Source: Octopus sinensis (Eukaryota). Taken from it: 64,000 nucleotides of DNA. The DNA lies in the NCBI RefSeq assembly GCF_006345805.1, contig NC_043003.1, positions 72,726,001-72,790,000 on the forward strand, given 5' to 3'. The position numbers were made by a program, and so were the translations under genes. Position 1 is the stretch's first letter; each line of letters opens with the position of its first letter. The notes under the pieces are model-generated. The model was not told the origin of the DNA, made no database searches, and saw nothing but the letters and a program-made list of their open reading frames with translations. Shown one piece after another: positions 25,231 to 38,821 of the stretch.

Positions 25231-28200
25231 TGGCCATAGAGATATTTCAGTAGTGTGGTGACCATGACCTTTGTAAACAGCTTATTGAGGAGACAACAGA
25301 TATATGGGGTGATAATTTCTTAGATCTTCTTATGATGATATTCAACTCCTTCCACAGCAGGATTATTTTCTCCACTGTAAGATAGCAATTGAAGCATAGG
25401 ACAAAGTTTTCTACTACCGTTCTCTTCCACTCCAATTGACCCACTGAATACTGAGGCTCATTTGTTCACATTGAATAGATTTCAAGTGATGCTACCCCAC
25501 TGGTTAGGTAGGCAGACCATGATTACCTCCATAGTATAACTAGCTTCCGGCCTCTAGTGAACAGATTATGTGTCCACTTCAATGAGACAGTCTTTCCATA
25601 GGGTCAGTACTCTGGTACCTTTATAGTGTTGCTGGATCTGCAGTACATACGCCCTGCTACAACAGCTACCAAACAACCATTGTCATTGTTGCACCACTAT
25701 GAGGCACTAAAGTCAGGTTTTGCAATAAATGTATATATTATCTTTTTGTTGATGTATGTGGTGAAAAATGTTAACATACTAAGGAAATCACCCAACCAGA
25801 GCATTCAAATAAAAATACTTTACAATATTTTTATACCATATAAGTTACACTCACACTTCCTTGCCAGTCTCAATTTTATGCAGTGAACTAGTGGAATGAT
25901 TTAAATGGATCAATCACTGGTTCACTGGAATCCTATAACCATTGCTAATGTTCTTCACCAAGATGTAAGATATAATACATATGTATATGTATATAAAATA
26001 AATAACAAATTCTAAATGATATTTACAGTGTAAATACGTGATAATTAAAAATTCAATAATTAACAAATCAAATATATTTTAGTTACAAAATTAATGTTCA
26101 AAATGTTTAGAAATCTTTGGTTTACCAATATATTTTTATGTTTCATATTTTCTTCGGAGAATAAGCGAATAATTTCAAAACATCAAAAATCATTTTTTAC
26201 CTGTTTTTTGTTGGAATCACAGAAAATGTTTATGTTCCTTTCCATCTGCTCTGTACTCTTTAGTAAGAGAGAGAAATCCATGAGATCTCTTCGAAAATCA
26301 TTTGACCACCTCCAGTGACATGTGGTTATTATCATTGAGTTATTGCCATTGTGTTAACTTTCTGATCAGATTTGAAAACAAATTATGACCTCATTATTTT
26401 ATGATATTGCAACAACAGTTTGAAAGAAAGTATAGTGACATGAAGGGCATTAAGCTGCAAAACAATACCTCAATAATATATTAATTTAATCCATATTGGC
26501 ATAGAAATTTGAATGTAAAAATGAATAAAAATCAGTTTCAGTTAATGAATTTTTAATATATATATATATATATATATACAAGCTGCTTAACAAATACATG
26601 ATGTATTATAGGGGGACTGTTATTCACTCTTTAGTGCCAATCTACCTTTATCTTATTAGCTGCCAGTGGTACAGTCAACTGGACTGTACAATGGTATTTT
26701 AGTATAACTGCAACAATAGTTCATAACAGGGGACAAAAAATTAGTTTCCCATTATGATTCATAGTTATATTATACAGTGAGCTTAATATTTCTGAAGGAT
26801 TACTATCGTTGGCAGCAGAAACCTAACACAATCAGAATATATACCCCTGATCAAGAGTTTATTCTTATATTTCAACTTTTGTTCCTATTTCCTGTATCCT
26901 AGTTTTATAGAGCAACATCTGTATTTCAGTTTAAACAGCAAACCAGAAAATAATTTTCTCCTGGATTTTATCCCCAAACCAGCAATTTCTTTTGAGAAAT
27001 TTGTAAAGCCAACATTCTATAAAATTAGTATATAACCCATGGAATTGATCTCTTCCTAACCTTCATTCTCCTGGGGTCAAGAAAATAAAGAACCAGTCAA
27101 GTCTTGAACCAATGAAATTTGCTCACTCCCTCTCTTCAAAAATTGTTATGTGCTTTAATAAGAAATCAATATTTTGTTGAGATGTGGAGGGAGTAATATA
27201 GTTAATTAAATTGATTAGTTCCATCTAGTATATTACTGGTAGTAGTTTGATTAATTTCTGAAAGATAAAATGTAATGTCAACTTGGTTGGATTTGAATTA
27301 TATTGAAGGTTGAAATGAAGTATTGTTGGTTGCTTAGCCTAATGGTTTTCTAAGGCTTCTGAAAACTCTTGGTAGGATTTAAGCCATCATTTAAAATCCT
27401 CTGAGTGAAGGATAGCATTAATAATGTAAAAATGGCCAGAAAATAAAAAATAAAAATAAAAACAGGAGCTACTGAAAACAAATGAGAACATTCTAGAAAA
27501 CTGTCTTTGAGAGGTGCAGTAAGATTATATTAATCTGGTTAACAACTTTCTTTTATGTTTTTGGACCCCCACCCACCTGCCAATGACAAAATCTCAAATT
27601 CCTCTACAGTATGGCATTCTTTTGGTAAAAGATATAATGTGAAAAGACAATTTATTTTGAAACAGGAATATATTTTATGCTAATGTATTTAATATCAATA
27701 TTAATGTTTGAAAAAATAAAGTCAAATCAACAATAACAAACAGTATTAGTTTTAATTATTTTTTAAAAAGCACTCTTTGTTTGTCATCATTTTTATATTA
27801 CATCTGTCATTACTTCACCAAAATTGCCATTTTCATCATTGTTACTACAATCACTGTTGTCATCATTAAGATTAATTTCATCCCCGTGAAGCTAACAAAA
27901 TAACATAAAAACCTCAATTTATTTAATCTTTCTCCATGATGTCATTATTCTTTAACCTCAGATCTAGCTAAATGAAGCAAACTTGTCATGGATAGTCTAC
28001 CTCTGACCTACAAGTTTTATTTTCACTTTTTAAGGTTCTATTTCTACTGTCTCTAGAATATTGAGCTATTAAACAGAAGTGGCTTTATTGCCCTATTTTC
28101 ATTGATTATTTTCATTGAGTTGCTGATATATATACAGGGTGTTGTGAATATATTGTCATTAAAATTATGCAAAATTGAAAATAACACTTACATCTCAGTT

Positions 28201-29202
28201 TAACAGATATATTTATCAAAATGACATAAAAATATCTTGAAATACTAAGAGTAAATTTTTTCATTAAAATCGCCTTTGGCTTCAACCATGGCCTCCAGAC
28301 AACTTGAGAATCTCCTGCAATTCTTTTGGATAGTTTTCTTATTTGAGTGTAGTGGGGAAACGAAGGGCAAAGAGTGAAAGATGGTAGAGTAGAGCAATGA
28401 AGAGAAAACCATGGAGAACTGAGAAAACAGAAAATTGGGAAATTGAAGAAGGAAGAATGAAGAAAGAAAAACAAGAAGAAATATTTTTAAAAAATACTAA
28501 AAATATATATTAAAAAAAATTGTATGTACACTGAATAGTGAGGTCTTAGGAATTCCTCCTTTGAGAAAATCCAGGAAGCGTTTTCTTTTTTTTTTTCCGA
28601 ATTTTCAAAGTTCAAAGGTCCAGAATTTTCAAAAGTTTAGAAAGTTTAAAAGTCCTCGCAGTAGGTGGATAGACAGATAGATAGATAGGGGATGGATAGA
28701 TAGATTGATAGACAGACAGAAAGACAGGCAGACAGATAGATCAGAAGTACAAAATATCAGAAGTTAAAAGTTAAGAGGTTTAGCGGTTTTTGAGAGGTAG
28801 ATTAGATAAGTAGATAGATGGGTAGATAGAAGGGACCTACTGTTGACGTGTGGTCTTTCATCAGACTTTATACTTTACATGGTTGTTACTGCTGGTGTTG
28901 GTTAGAGGTTCCGTTGGTCAGAAGTTTCGGAGGCTGTAAATATATTTTCAACCGTCAAATTCGTTCCAGCATGGCCGCAGTCAAATGACTGAAACGAATA
29001 AAAGAATAGTATCTAGTCAGTTTCTAAGTGCATTCTGTCAATCTGTTGCTATTCTATTATCATAGACATTGCAAGATATTACTGAGTTTATAGAGGGATT
29101 AAGGATAGGATGGACGGGAGACAACTCCTATATCAAGTTTCTGTTGGAATTTAACTTCTTACCTTTTTACCTTTTCTTATTTCAAGTCAGTGAAGGCGCA
29201 TG

Positions 29203-29527
29203 ACCCAGTGGTTAGAGCGTAGGGCTTACGATCGTGAGGTTGTGAGTTCGATTCCCGGACCGGGCTGTATGCTGTGTTCTTGAGCAAGACACTTTATTTC
29301 ACGTTGCTCCAGTTAATTCAGCTATAGAAATGAATTGCGACATCACTGGTGCCAAGCTGTATCGGCCCCTTTGCCTTTCCTCTGGATAACATCAGTGGTG
29401 TGGAAAGGGGAGAATAGTATGCATGGGCGACTGTTGGCCTTCCACAAACAATCTTACCCTGACTTGTGCCTCGGAGGGTAACTTTCTAGGTGCAATCCCG
29501 TGGTTATTCATGACCGAAGGGGGTCTC
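29203..29527 (+). mobile_element. tRNA-derived SINE (family C)
   Basis: A box (TGACCCAGTGG) and B box (GAGTTCGATTCC), followed by gtgttcttgagcaagacacttta. Confidence 0.75.
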
Positions 29528-29589
29528 CTCTCCTCCTATTTCAAGTCATTAGACAGCGGCTATGCTGGTGCACAGCCTTGAAGAGTTTA

Positions 29590-29759
29590 GTCACATTGAC
29601 TCCAGTACTCATGTTGTAAAGCCTGGTACTTATTGGTTTTTTTCGCCGAACCACTTTGTTATGGGAACGTATTAGAAGCCAACACCGGCTGTCAAATGGT
29701 GGTGGGAGTCACCCCTTCCCCTGGACACACACACATACATACGCACATGAATACGCGCG

Positions 29760-29800
<41 letters not shown>

Positions 29801-30322
29801 CAGGCTCCTTTTAGTTTCTGTATCACAAATCCATTCACAAAATTTTGGCCTGCACAGAGGTTATTGTAGATGACACCTGCCCAGGGAACCACGCAATGGC
29901 TCTGATCTCGAAACCATGTGACTAAGAAGCAAGCTTCTTGACACCCCCCTCCCACTCTTTTACTCTTTTGCTTGTTTCAGTCATCTGAATGTGGCCATGC
30001 TGGAGCACCGCCTTGTAATCGAACAAATCGACCCCGAGACTTATTCTTTGTAAGCCTAGTATTTATTCTATCGGTCTTTTTTTGCCAAACCGCTAGGTTA
30101 CGAGGACGTAAACATACCAGCATCAGTTCTCAAGCGATGGTGGAGGAACATACACACACACACATGACGGGCTTCTTTCAGTTTCTGTCTACCAAATCCA
30201 CTCACAAGGCTTTGATCGGCCCGAGGCTATAATAGAAGACGTTTGCCCAAGGTGCCACGCAGTGGGACTGAACCCAGAACCACGTGGGTGGGAAACGAAC
30301 TTCCTACCACAACCACGCCTGC
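29590..30322 (-). mobile_element. Two adjacent family-B SINE copies
   Basis: Reverse-complement matches to the copy at 52368-52800. Confidence 0.75.
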
Positions 30323-30544
30323 GTCACGTGAGTTTTAAAAAAAAATTTTTTCTACGCTAGTGATACCAAACGGCACACCTCTACATATAACAAGTAAATC
30401 TGTTTGTACAACTGTAGTTATTATTGATACCAGATTTCTAATTCTACATCTGTACGTATTAGAACTTCTGACTGTTCAACTTCATATTATTTTAGAAACC
30501 GAGGCATACCGAGTCAAGAAAAGAGACTATGTGTTCGCGCGAAA

Positions 30545-31149
30545 AGCGGCGAGCTGGCAGAATCGTTAGCACGCCGGTCGAAATGCTTTGCGGTATTTCG
30601 TCTGCCGCTACGTTCTGAATTCAAACTCCGCCGAGGTTGACTTTGCCTTTCATCCTTTCGGGGTCGATCAAATAAGTACCAGTTACGTACTGGGGTCGAT
30701 ATAATCGACTTAATCCGTTTGTCTGTCCTTGTTTGTCCTCTCTGTGTTTAGCCCCTTGTGGGTAGTAAAGAAATAGGTATTTCGTCTGTCGTTACGTTCT
30801 GAGTTCAAATTCCGCCGAGGTCGACTTTGCCTTTCATCCTTTCGGGGTCGATAAATTAAGTACCAGTTACGCACTGGGGTCGATGTAATCGACTTAATCC
30901 GCTTGTCCTTGTTTGTCCCCTCTGTGTTTAGCCCCTTGTGGGTAGTAAAGAAATAGGTATTTCGTCTGTCGTTACGTTCTGAGTTCAAATTCCGCCGAGG
31001 TCGACTTTGCCTTTCGTCCTTTCGGGGTTGATAAATTAAGTACCAGTTATGTACTGGGGTCGATGTTATCGACTTAATCTCTTTGTCTGTCCTTGTTTGT
31101 CCCTTCTATGTTTAGCCCCTTGTGGGCAAAAAAAAAAAAAAAAAAAAAA
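30545..31149 (+). mobile_element. Family-A tRNA-derived SINE expanded into a three-unit tandem array
   Basis: Head gcggcgagctggcagaatcgttagc, then units starting ggtatttcgtctg at 30592, 30776 and 30956 (184 and 180 bp spacing), ending in poly(A) at 31128-31149. Confidence 0.9.
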
Positions 31150-31242
31150 TATGTGTTCGTGCGATCTACGCGAAAAAAAAAAAAAGCAAACTGGCTGAAT
31201 TCTGGTTTAAGTACTCCATATAACCCATCAGAAGATTTTTTT

Positions 31243-31611
31243 TTGCGTATTTATGTTCTACATACTGGAATTCATACAATTATGCAAACAAAAAAAAATG
31301 AAAGAAAGAAATTTTGTGTAATTGAAAGGTGATTTAGCTGTTGTTTTTAGCACATTTCACGATTATCTGATACATATCTCTTTTTTTTTATCCCATTTTT
31401 TTTTTTGTCACTCTGACATGTATTGTCGCTATTATAAACAAAAAAATTCAGACTGTCCGTATCTGAAGCTCTGATTTAAAAAATAAAGAATTCAAAAAAG
31501 AGTGAAACTTTTAGGATTTATTTGAGGGTGGGTGTGGAGGTTTAAAATATTGAAAAAGAATTTTTTTTTTATTATCGTATGAATTCCTGTGTGTAGAACA
31601 TAAATACGCAA
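31243..31611. repeat. 38-bp inverted repeat pair (foldback/MITE-like)
   Basis: ttgcgtatttatgttctacatactggaattcatacaat (31243-31280) versus reverse complement of 31574-31611; about 35/38 identical. Confidence 0.75.
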
Positions 31612-32156
31612 TAATTTTCTGAAAATTTCAAATAATAAAAGTTGTGAGGTGCTGAAAGCAGAATTCTGGCAGCAAATGTCCTCCAGAATCACATCTTGCC
31701 GTAGTAATATAACGAAGGAAACACTACCAAATCCTACCAGAAAGGTATTATTTGTTGTAAAAATGAGACGCAAGCAGACGTATAAGCAAATCAACAACGC
31801 AAGGGAAATTACTCCAGTCATTTAGAGTTGCTTCCCTTTGACTCCTTTTAGTGTTATTTAGTTGTTTCCCTTGATATGTGCCGCCTGTTGCTGATAGGAT
31901 CATTGATTCGTTATTTTTTGAATGTTGTTGTGAGGCCAAGTCTGCGATCTACCATATTTGCCCGACCTGGTAATAGTGAAACCAACCTGATAAACGTAAT
32001 AGTGAAATCTACCTAAATCTTCACCAAACCGTTGTGTATAGGAAATTATAGGGACACGTAATTCCTGACTGAATGATCGTGACAAGAATATTTTTGATAA
32101 TAGGAATGCTGGGTTAGTGCTGGAGATAAACAACAAGAACAGCAACAGCCGCAGCA

Positions 32157-32440
32157 GTGGAGGCGCAATAGCCCAATGGTTAGGGCAGCGGACTCGCGGT
32201 CGGAGGATCGCGGTTTCGATTCCCAGACCGGGCGTTGTGTGTGTTTATTGAGCGAAAACACCTAAAGCTCCACGAGGCTCCGGCAGGGGGTAGTGGCGAC
32301 CCCTGTTGTATTCTTTCGCTTCAACTGTCTCTCACTCTTTCTTGACCTGCTTTCTCTTCTGCGGGTCTTACGAATAGCAAAGGACCACGTTTCGGTACAA
32401 GGGCGCGATCTTGCGAGCTCTGGGACGAAGACCGCTTCGC
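32157..32440 (+). mobile_element. tRNA-derived SINE (family D)
   Basis: A box TAGCCCAATGG and B box GGTTTCGATTCC in tRNA spacing, followed by non-tRNA body. Confidence 0.7.
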
Positions 32441-32846
32441 TCAACAAACAAACAGCAGCAGCAACAACATCATCTACAACAACAACATGAATGACATCAA
32501 CAGCAGTAACAAGTACAAGGAGAACATGAACAACCACGCAAGCATCTACAATTGGTTTTCAGAAGTCACCACGCGGTAGTGTAGCTCAGCGTATGCGCAC
32601 ACGCACAAAATAGTCATCTATATATCATATTTAACGTATACACACTGTCGATAGGTAACATCTATCACTAACTTTTTGTGCTAAATGCACAATAAATATC
32701 AGAGAGAACGAAAATTCGGTCTCGTAGCGGCCTATGAGAGCGTCAGATGCATTTTAGTATTTTTGTTTAGGTCACAAGAAACGTTATCTCAGGATAACTA
32801 CTGCAGCAACCAGCTTATGGAAAGTGTGTGCACATTACATATTATA

Positions 32847-33320
32847 CAGTGTGTCCCAAAAGTCACTGATGGGTTTCAATTTTTAATAGCTTCCTTAACT
32901 TTACAAATAAATGCATGAAATTTTGTTACAACATAAACGATATAATGGAAATTAATATCCACAAGTCAAATTTTGCAACACCACTACATCACATATCAAA
33001 AATAACATCGCTTAAATGGCAGCCGTTTTCATCTTCGTGCTATTTCCAAAACGTGCATCATAACACCCTCAAGAATTTCAGACCCCACTTCTCTGATTTC
33101 TCTATTAATTCTCTTTCAGTTGTACCAGGGTCTCCGGTTTAATGACGTGAACCCACTCTTTCAGATATCCCCACAAGAAAAAATCCGGGCTAGTCAAGTC
33201 TGGGGAATGTGAAGGCCAGTTGACATTGCCGTAGCAGGAGATTATTCTCTCTCCAAAGCACTGCCGTAGCAACTACATTGTTTCCCTTGCGGTATGAAAA
33301 GTTGCCCCATCTTGCTGGAG
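32847..33320 (-). mobile_element. Tc1/mariner-superfamily transposase 3' remnant with one TIR
   Basis: The minus strand reads WLQQDGAT... and WPSHSPDLTSPDFFLWGYLKEW. The terminus TA|CAGTGTGTCCCAAAAG is at 32845-32862. Confidence 0.8.
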
Positions 33321-33334
33321 CCATGTGTGAGGTC

Positions 33335-33788
<454 letters not shown>

Positions 33789-35760
33789 TATTCATTATAT
33801 TGGCCATAAAGGCCTTACATAGAAGGGAAACTGCGGGCTGGGCATAGACATAATGTTAAATGAAATGACAAATGAAAATGATGATAATGAGGGTAACAAG
33901 CAACGCCTGTCGATTGCTGCTTACCCGAAAACATTGCTCTTTTATATTACATTCACGAGGCAACAAACCTCTTACATTCTTCACAATTCAAAAAACAAAA
34001 TGAGGCACTAATTATAAACTTTCATGCCCGACCAGGCTCCTTGCCTCAATCAAACACATGGACGGTGCCATGTCGGGCCATTTTAACATAAATCTAAAGG
34101 TGTCCTCGGGGAAGGAGTCCATCACCCTGCACAAATAGGTCTCCCATATGACCCCTGCAGCCACCTGGGAAGGCCAGTGAGGGACCTCGGTGCAGGATAG
34201 AATCCCTTCCCTACGTCCTCTTTTTTAAACTTCTTAACGAAGCTTTCCTATGACCCTCCCTTAGGGAAGAGAATCACAAATTCATCATCCTTAGCATCCT
34301 TCCAACCGAAGGTACTTCGGGACACGCCAGCAGTGTGTCACAAACTACCGGCAATATCCCATTTTTCTTTTTCTTCTTTTTTCCTTGAGCCATGGGATGG
34401 TGGAGTTCTTCCGTTTTGTCCGGAAGATCTTCCCTCCCTCCCGAAGCCTTCGGATCCTTCGGTGGGCAACAATGGTTGCCCACCCTTCCTTTTTTTCCTT
34501 TTTTCGAGGTGGTGTCTACCTCCTCGACCGCCTTCTTCTCTCCTTCCAATAAGGGAGCATGGAGCGGTATTTTTATTAACTACTCCAGTACCTTACCTTG
34601 GTCCTGGGGACAGTTCTTTCTAATGTGGCCTGGTTCCAGGCACAGGTGACACTTGCATCACCGGATACCTAGAACCGGCCATTCTAAAAAAAAAATCTGG
34701 GAATACCAGATTTTTGGCAGATTGGGTCCATAGAGTCAAAACGCCTTTTGACTCCTCCCAATCAGGCGCAGGCAAGATTCTCCCATTGTGGAGCTTGGCT
34801 CCGCTGTCACCCAGACCCCGGCGGATAGTGTCCTCTATCCACTCGGTTTCTATTCCGGGTGGCAAGCCCTCGTAAACTTCCTCCCACAATAAGTGGGAAG
34901 GAACAAAATTTCTCTGCCCTCCAAGGGCTTGCTCGTAAATTTGCGAGCCTCTTCTGGGGAGTCAAATAGCAGCCACACTGTTGCGTACTTGAGCCCCCCC
35001 CCCCGAGATGTATTTAATAGTTGGCAGATACTCTGCCAATTCTTTTTCAATCATATTCTTCTCAAATATGGCGATGGTGTCAAGCGACATGAAGTAAGTA
35101 CTCAACACCACCGTCTTCTCTTGGAAGTTCTTCAACCATTGTTTGGGTGGTACTTATTTCCCACTCAACAATTTTGTCCATGTTCTTTGCCATGTTTAAA
35201 ATTAAAAGTCCAAAAAACAGTTCACAATGAAATTCAAACAATGAAGAGAGAAATCAAAAAAGAAAGTCTCAAAAAAAAAGGAAGGAACAAAACACAGAAA
35301 ATAGTTCAATAAACAAAGTCAAAAATAAAAAAATAGAAGACAAGAGAGCAACTGTTCAAAAATACACAGCAAAAATCCTCTAGCTACTTGGTACTCCAGG
35401 CCTTCAATTTGAAACTGGAACGCCACAACTTGGAACACAGCTTTTCACAAAATCGGTAAACGTTGAATCCACCCCCCACCAAAAAAAGTGAACAAATTTT
35501 GCAAGAGAATTACGTCCCAACTATTCTCAAAATTAAATGAGAAAAACACTACTCACTAAATGTGAACAAGTTTTAGAAACGGGGATACGCCCCCAAATAA
35601 TAATTCTCACTATTAAGTGAGAAAAACTATACACTCCACTGCAGGCTGACCAGAGTTTAGAATCCAGTGAAGACGTCTTGCTTGTACAAAAATAATTACC
35701 GCAAACAACAAACCCCTACTGGACCCAAAAAACAAAAGTCTTACCTTACAGTTGAGTATA
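33789..35760 (-). mobile_element. Tx1/L1-like non-LTR element: frameshifted ORF1 with CCHC zinc knuckle and 3' tail, no ORF2 seen
   Basis: The minus strand gives ...KYATVWLLFDSPEEARKF... (RRM-like), then CHLCLEPGHIRKNC (C-x2-C-x4-H-x4-C) at 34651-34610, then a Lys-rich stretch. The tail at 33789-33831 resembles the SINE-A tail. Confidence 0.6.
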
Positions 35761-35778
35761 TTTTACAATAAAAAAAAT

Positions 35779-36160
35779 TCCATTCTAACAGCCGTTTCTG
35801 CTTCCAATGTCATACAGTGTTGCCAAAGAAAATTCTGAGGATAATATTCGTCATATTTTATAGCACATCCGATCTGGAACATGGAGCTTCATCATAGTGA
35901 AGAAAAATACATAAAATAAAAATTAAAAAAAAAACGAGCCTGAAGCGTTACCCTGCAAAATGGAATGATTTAAATATATTAAGTCTTCCTTCCACCTCTT
36001 GAGGCTCTTTTTCTTTTCTTTTCTTTTATGTATTTTTCTTCACTCTGATGAAGCTCCATGTTCCAGATCGGATGTGTCATAAAATGTGGCGAATATTATT
36101 ATCAGAATTTTCTTTGGCAATAATGTGAGACATTGGAAGCAGAAACGGCTGTTAGATGGA
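35779..36160. repeat. About 137-bp inverted repeat pair containing a hammerhead-like motif
   Basis: 35779-35916 versus reverse complement of 36024-36160: about 11 substitutions and 2 indels by hand alignment. Confidence 0.9.
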
Positions 36161-36685
36161 TAAAGTTTCGTATTAAAAAATAATATTCGATGGTAGTCAA
36201 TTGTTGTTGATCAAGATTTCTCCATTTTCTGCTTAATATATATGTATATATATATGAATAGAAAATGGATATAATAACAATAGGAAACACATGGTTTTTG
36301 CTGATATGGTACCCTCATCTATGCTTCTTCCTTCTTTGTTATCTATTTGATGAAAGACATACCAACGAAAACCACGAGTTTCTTTTCCTATATAATCTAA
36401 ATTTCGGTTTACCAACCGAACTACTTGCTACCGAACATACAACCTTACAAAAGACTGTACCTACCCAGCTAATAGCCTGGAGCGACTCTGGATTTAATTA
36501 CCCCTTAGAGGTATTAAACCCCTCTAACTTGATACCTACACTATATATATCTATATATATATATACACACACACACAAACACACACGGAAAAACACATAT
36601 GTATGTAGGTATGTATACATGTATGTATCCTTAAATCCTTAAAAATGTTTATATGTGTGTCTGTGGAGGGTTGTGTGTGTGATGT

Positions 36686-36727
<42 letters not shown>

Positions 36728-37267
36728 AGTGCGTGCGTACGACGAAAAATACATCTGTGAAAATGTGGTATAAAGGGATGACTAAAACATTTTACGAGAA
36801 ATACGAAAATGAAAATAAGAACACAAGTTAACTTAATCATGCTCTACTTCTTGCTAGCTGTTGACTAGACATCATTACAATTTCGACACCTTCCAAAATT
36901 GTTTAATCTGACAATCTCAGTAACGTAGTAAGTGCTAGAGTACAGATGAACGACATGAGAAACGAACAAACGGAAAATAATTTAGATAAAGACAGTAAAG
37001 GGTAAAATTAATCTTTCGACCGAACCATAAATTAAGACGAGTTGTGGGGGAAAATGGTTGAAACAGTACAAAAAACGAAGGAAGCAAACGTATAGTCGTA
37101 AACATAAACGTCTTTCAACGTGAGGCCAAATCTAATACAAATTGTGGGAAGCAATATTATGAGGAAATGAAGAAAATGCGTAAATGAAGACGACAAATTG
37201 TAGGTATGAAGGAAAAATACGAAAACAAACGTATAAAAGAAAGAATAACGAGTGAATCGAGAGGAAG

Positions 37268-37269
<2 letters not shown>

Positions 37270-37309
<40 letters not shown>

Positions 37310-38570
37310 GATTGTCGAAAATAGGGATGAGAAGAGAGACACAGAGCTGTCTGCATTTAGCAAGATCACATCTCACAATGCTTTTACTGTACCAGTGCTA
37401 ATACCAACATTTAGGATACTGGACTGGAAATTTGACAAGCTGTGCAGCTTGAGCATCAAAACTAGAACGGTGCTGACTACCACTGGAAACTTCCACATCA
37501 AGTGCAACACCGACAAGAACTACTCGTATGCAAGATGAAGAGATGGCGGTAGAGACATAAGGTCAATCCAAACAGCCTTTGAATGTCACATTGTTATCAC
37601 TCAGACAACACCTGTTGAGCAGCAAAGTAAGAAAAGAGCATATTACATTTATACTCAAAAGTAAGAGCAACAAAATCTTCAGAGCTGGAGAAGAACTACT
37701 GAGCAAGTACTCTAAGAATACATCTGTCTCATGCGACCTAAAGGGGGCTGGACTGGTCCATCTAAACAAAAGCTTGGAGGAGAAGCAGGCATTCTATGAA
37801 CAAAAAGCAATGCATTGGTATATATTTCGTGAGCTAGAGGGTAACAACAGCATTGACAGGAAGAGTAGCCTCTCCTGGACGTGTGTTAAGTACATTACAT
37901 CCCACCTTGAAGGATATGCTTTCACAGTCCAGGAACATGAGATAGCTACTTAATACCTGATAAATAGGAGTGGTAGTCAGCACCTTACTACCAAATCTCG
38001 TGATAAAGAACGTCGGCTCTGCTATACCAGTGTGGAAGATCATCATCAGCTGCCCCAAAATGTCTGCTAGATACTATCTGCCACCGAGACACGATATAGT
38101 TGCAAAGACTATTTACAATACTACCGCAGGAAGGATTATCCTGACGTATGCATCAAATGTATGTCAGAACCAGCAGGTATTCACATCTTTAAAAAGAAGG
38201 AATACTAGTGGAATACTCCAATAAAAACATCAATTCGGTGCAAGCATAAGAGACTTGATATTATTGTTCTGTTGGACAGCGAACAAAAGTTGTACGCGGT
38301 TGTAGAGGTCAGCTACCCAGCGGATATGAATGTACCACCAGAAGTCCAAGAAAAGAAAAACATTAATACGGAACTTACAATTCTTGTACCTATAAATTCT
38401 CATTTGTATCTATCATCATAGGTGCATTAAGTTATGTACCATAAAATTTACACAAAAGCCTAGAAATACTAGGTTTTTTGGAGAGCAAAAGAAACTGATG
38501 CGGATTTTCCAAATCCAGTTTATTAATGGCACAGTGAAGATTTGTAAAACATTCTAAAAATTGTTCATCT
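37270..38570 (+). mobile_element. R4/Dong-like non-LTR retrotransposon 3' part (zinc knuckle and restriction-like endonuclease), frameshifted
   Basis: ITSHLEGYAFTVQEHEIAT; CRLC...IISCPKMSARYYLPPRHDIVAKTIY; KHKRLDIIVLLDSEQKLYAVVEVSYPADMN (PD-(D/E)xK-type RLE); IIIGALSYVP. Confidence 0.8.
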
Positions 38571-38821
38571 GAGTTTCTGATGTGAATAGATGCACACACT
38601 TGGGTGTATGCACCGACATTTCAATTAACACACTAACTCAACCACTTATTTGCAAACACCGAGAACTCTCTTAACTCAAAATGTTTTGTCACTTTGTTAG
38701 CAACCGGCTTGAAATCTCTCTTAAGGAGATTTAAAAAATAAAACTCGAAGAAAAACACATACATACATACATACATACATACATACATACATACATACAT
38801 ACATACATACATACATACATA

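Noticed and set aside
28843-28872. Hammerhead-like CTGATGA-A-AGAC-cacac-GTC on the minus strand
   Set aside because: GAAA box missing (GTC-AACAG); too degenerate to call.
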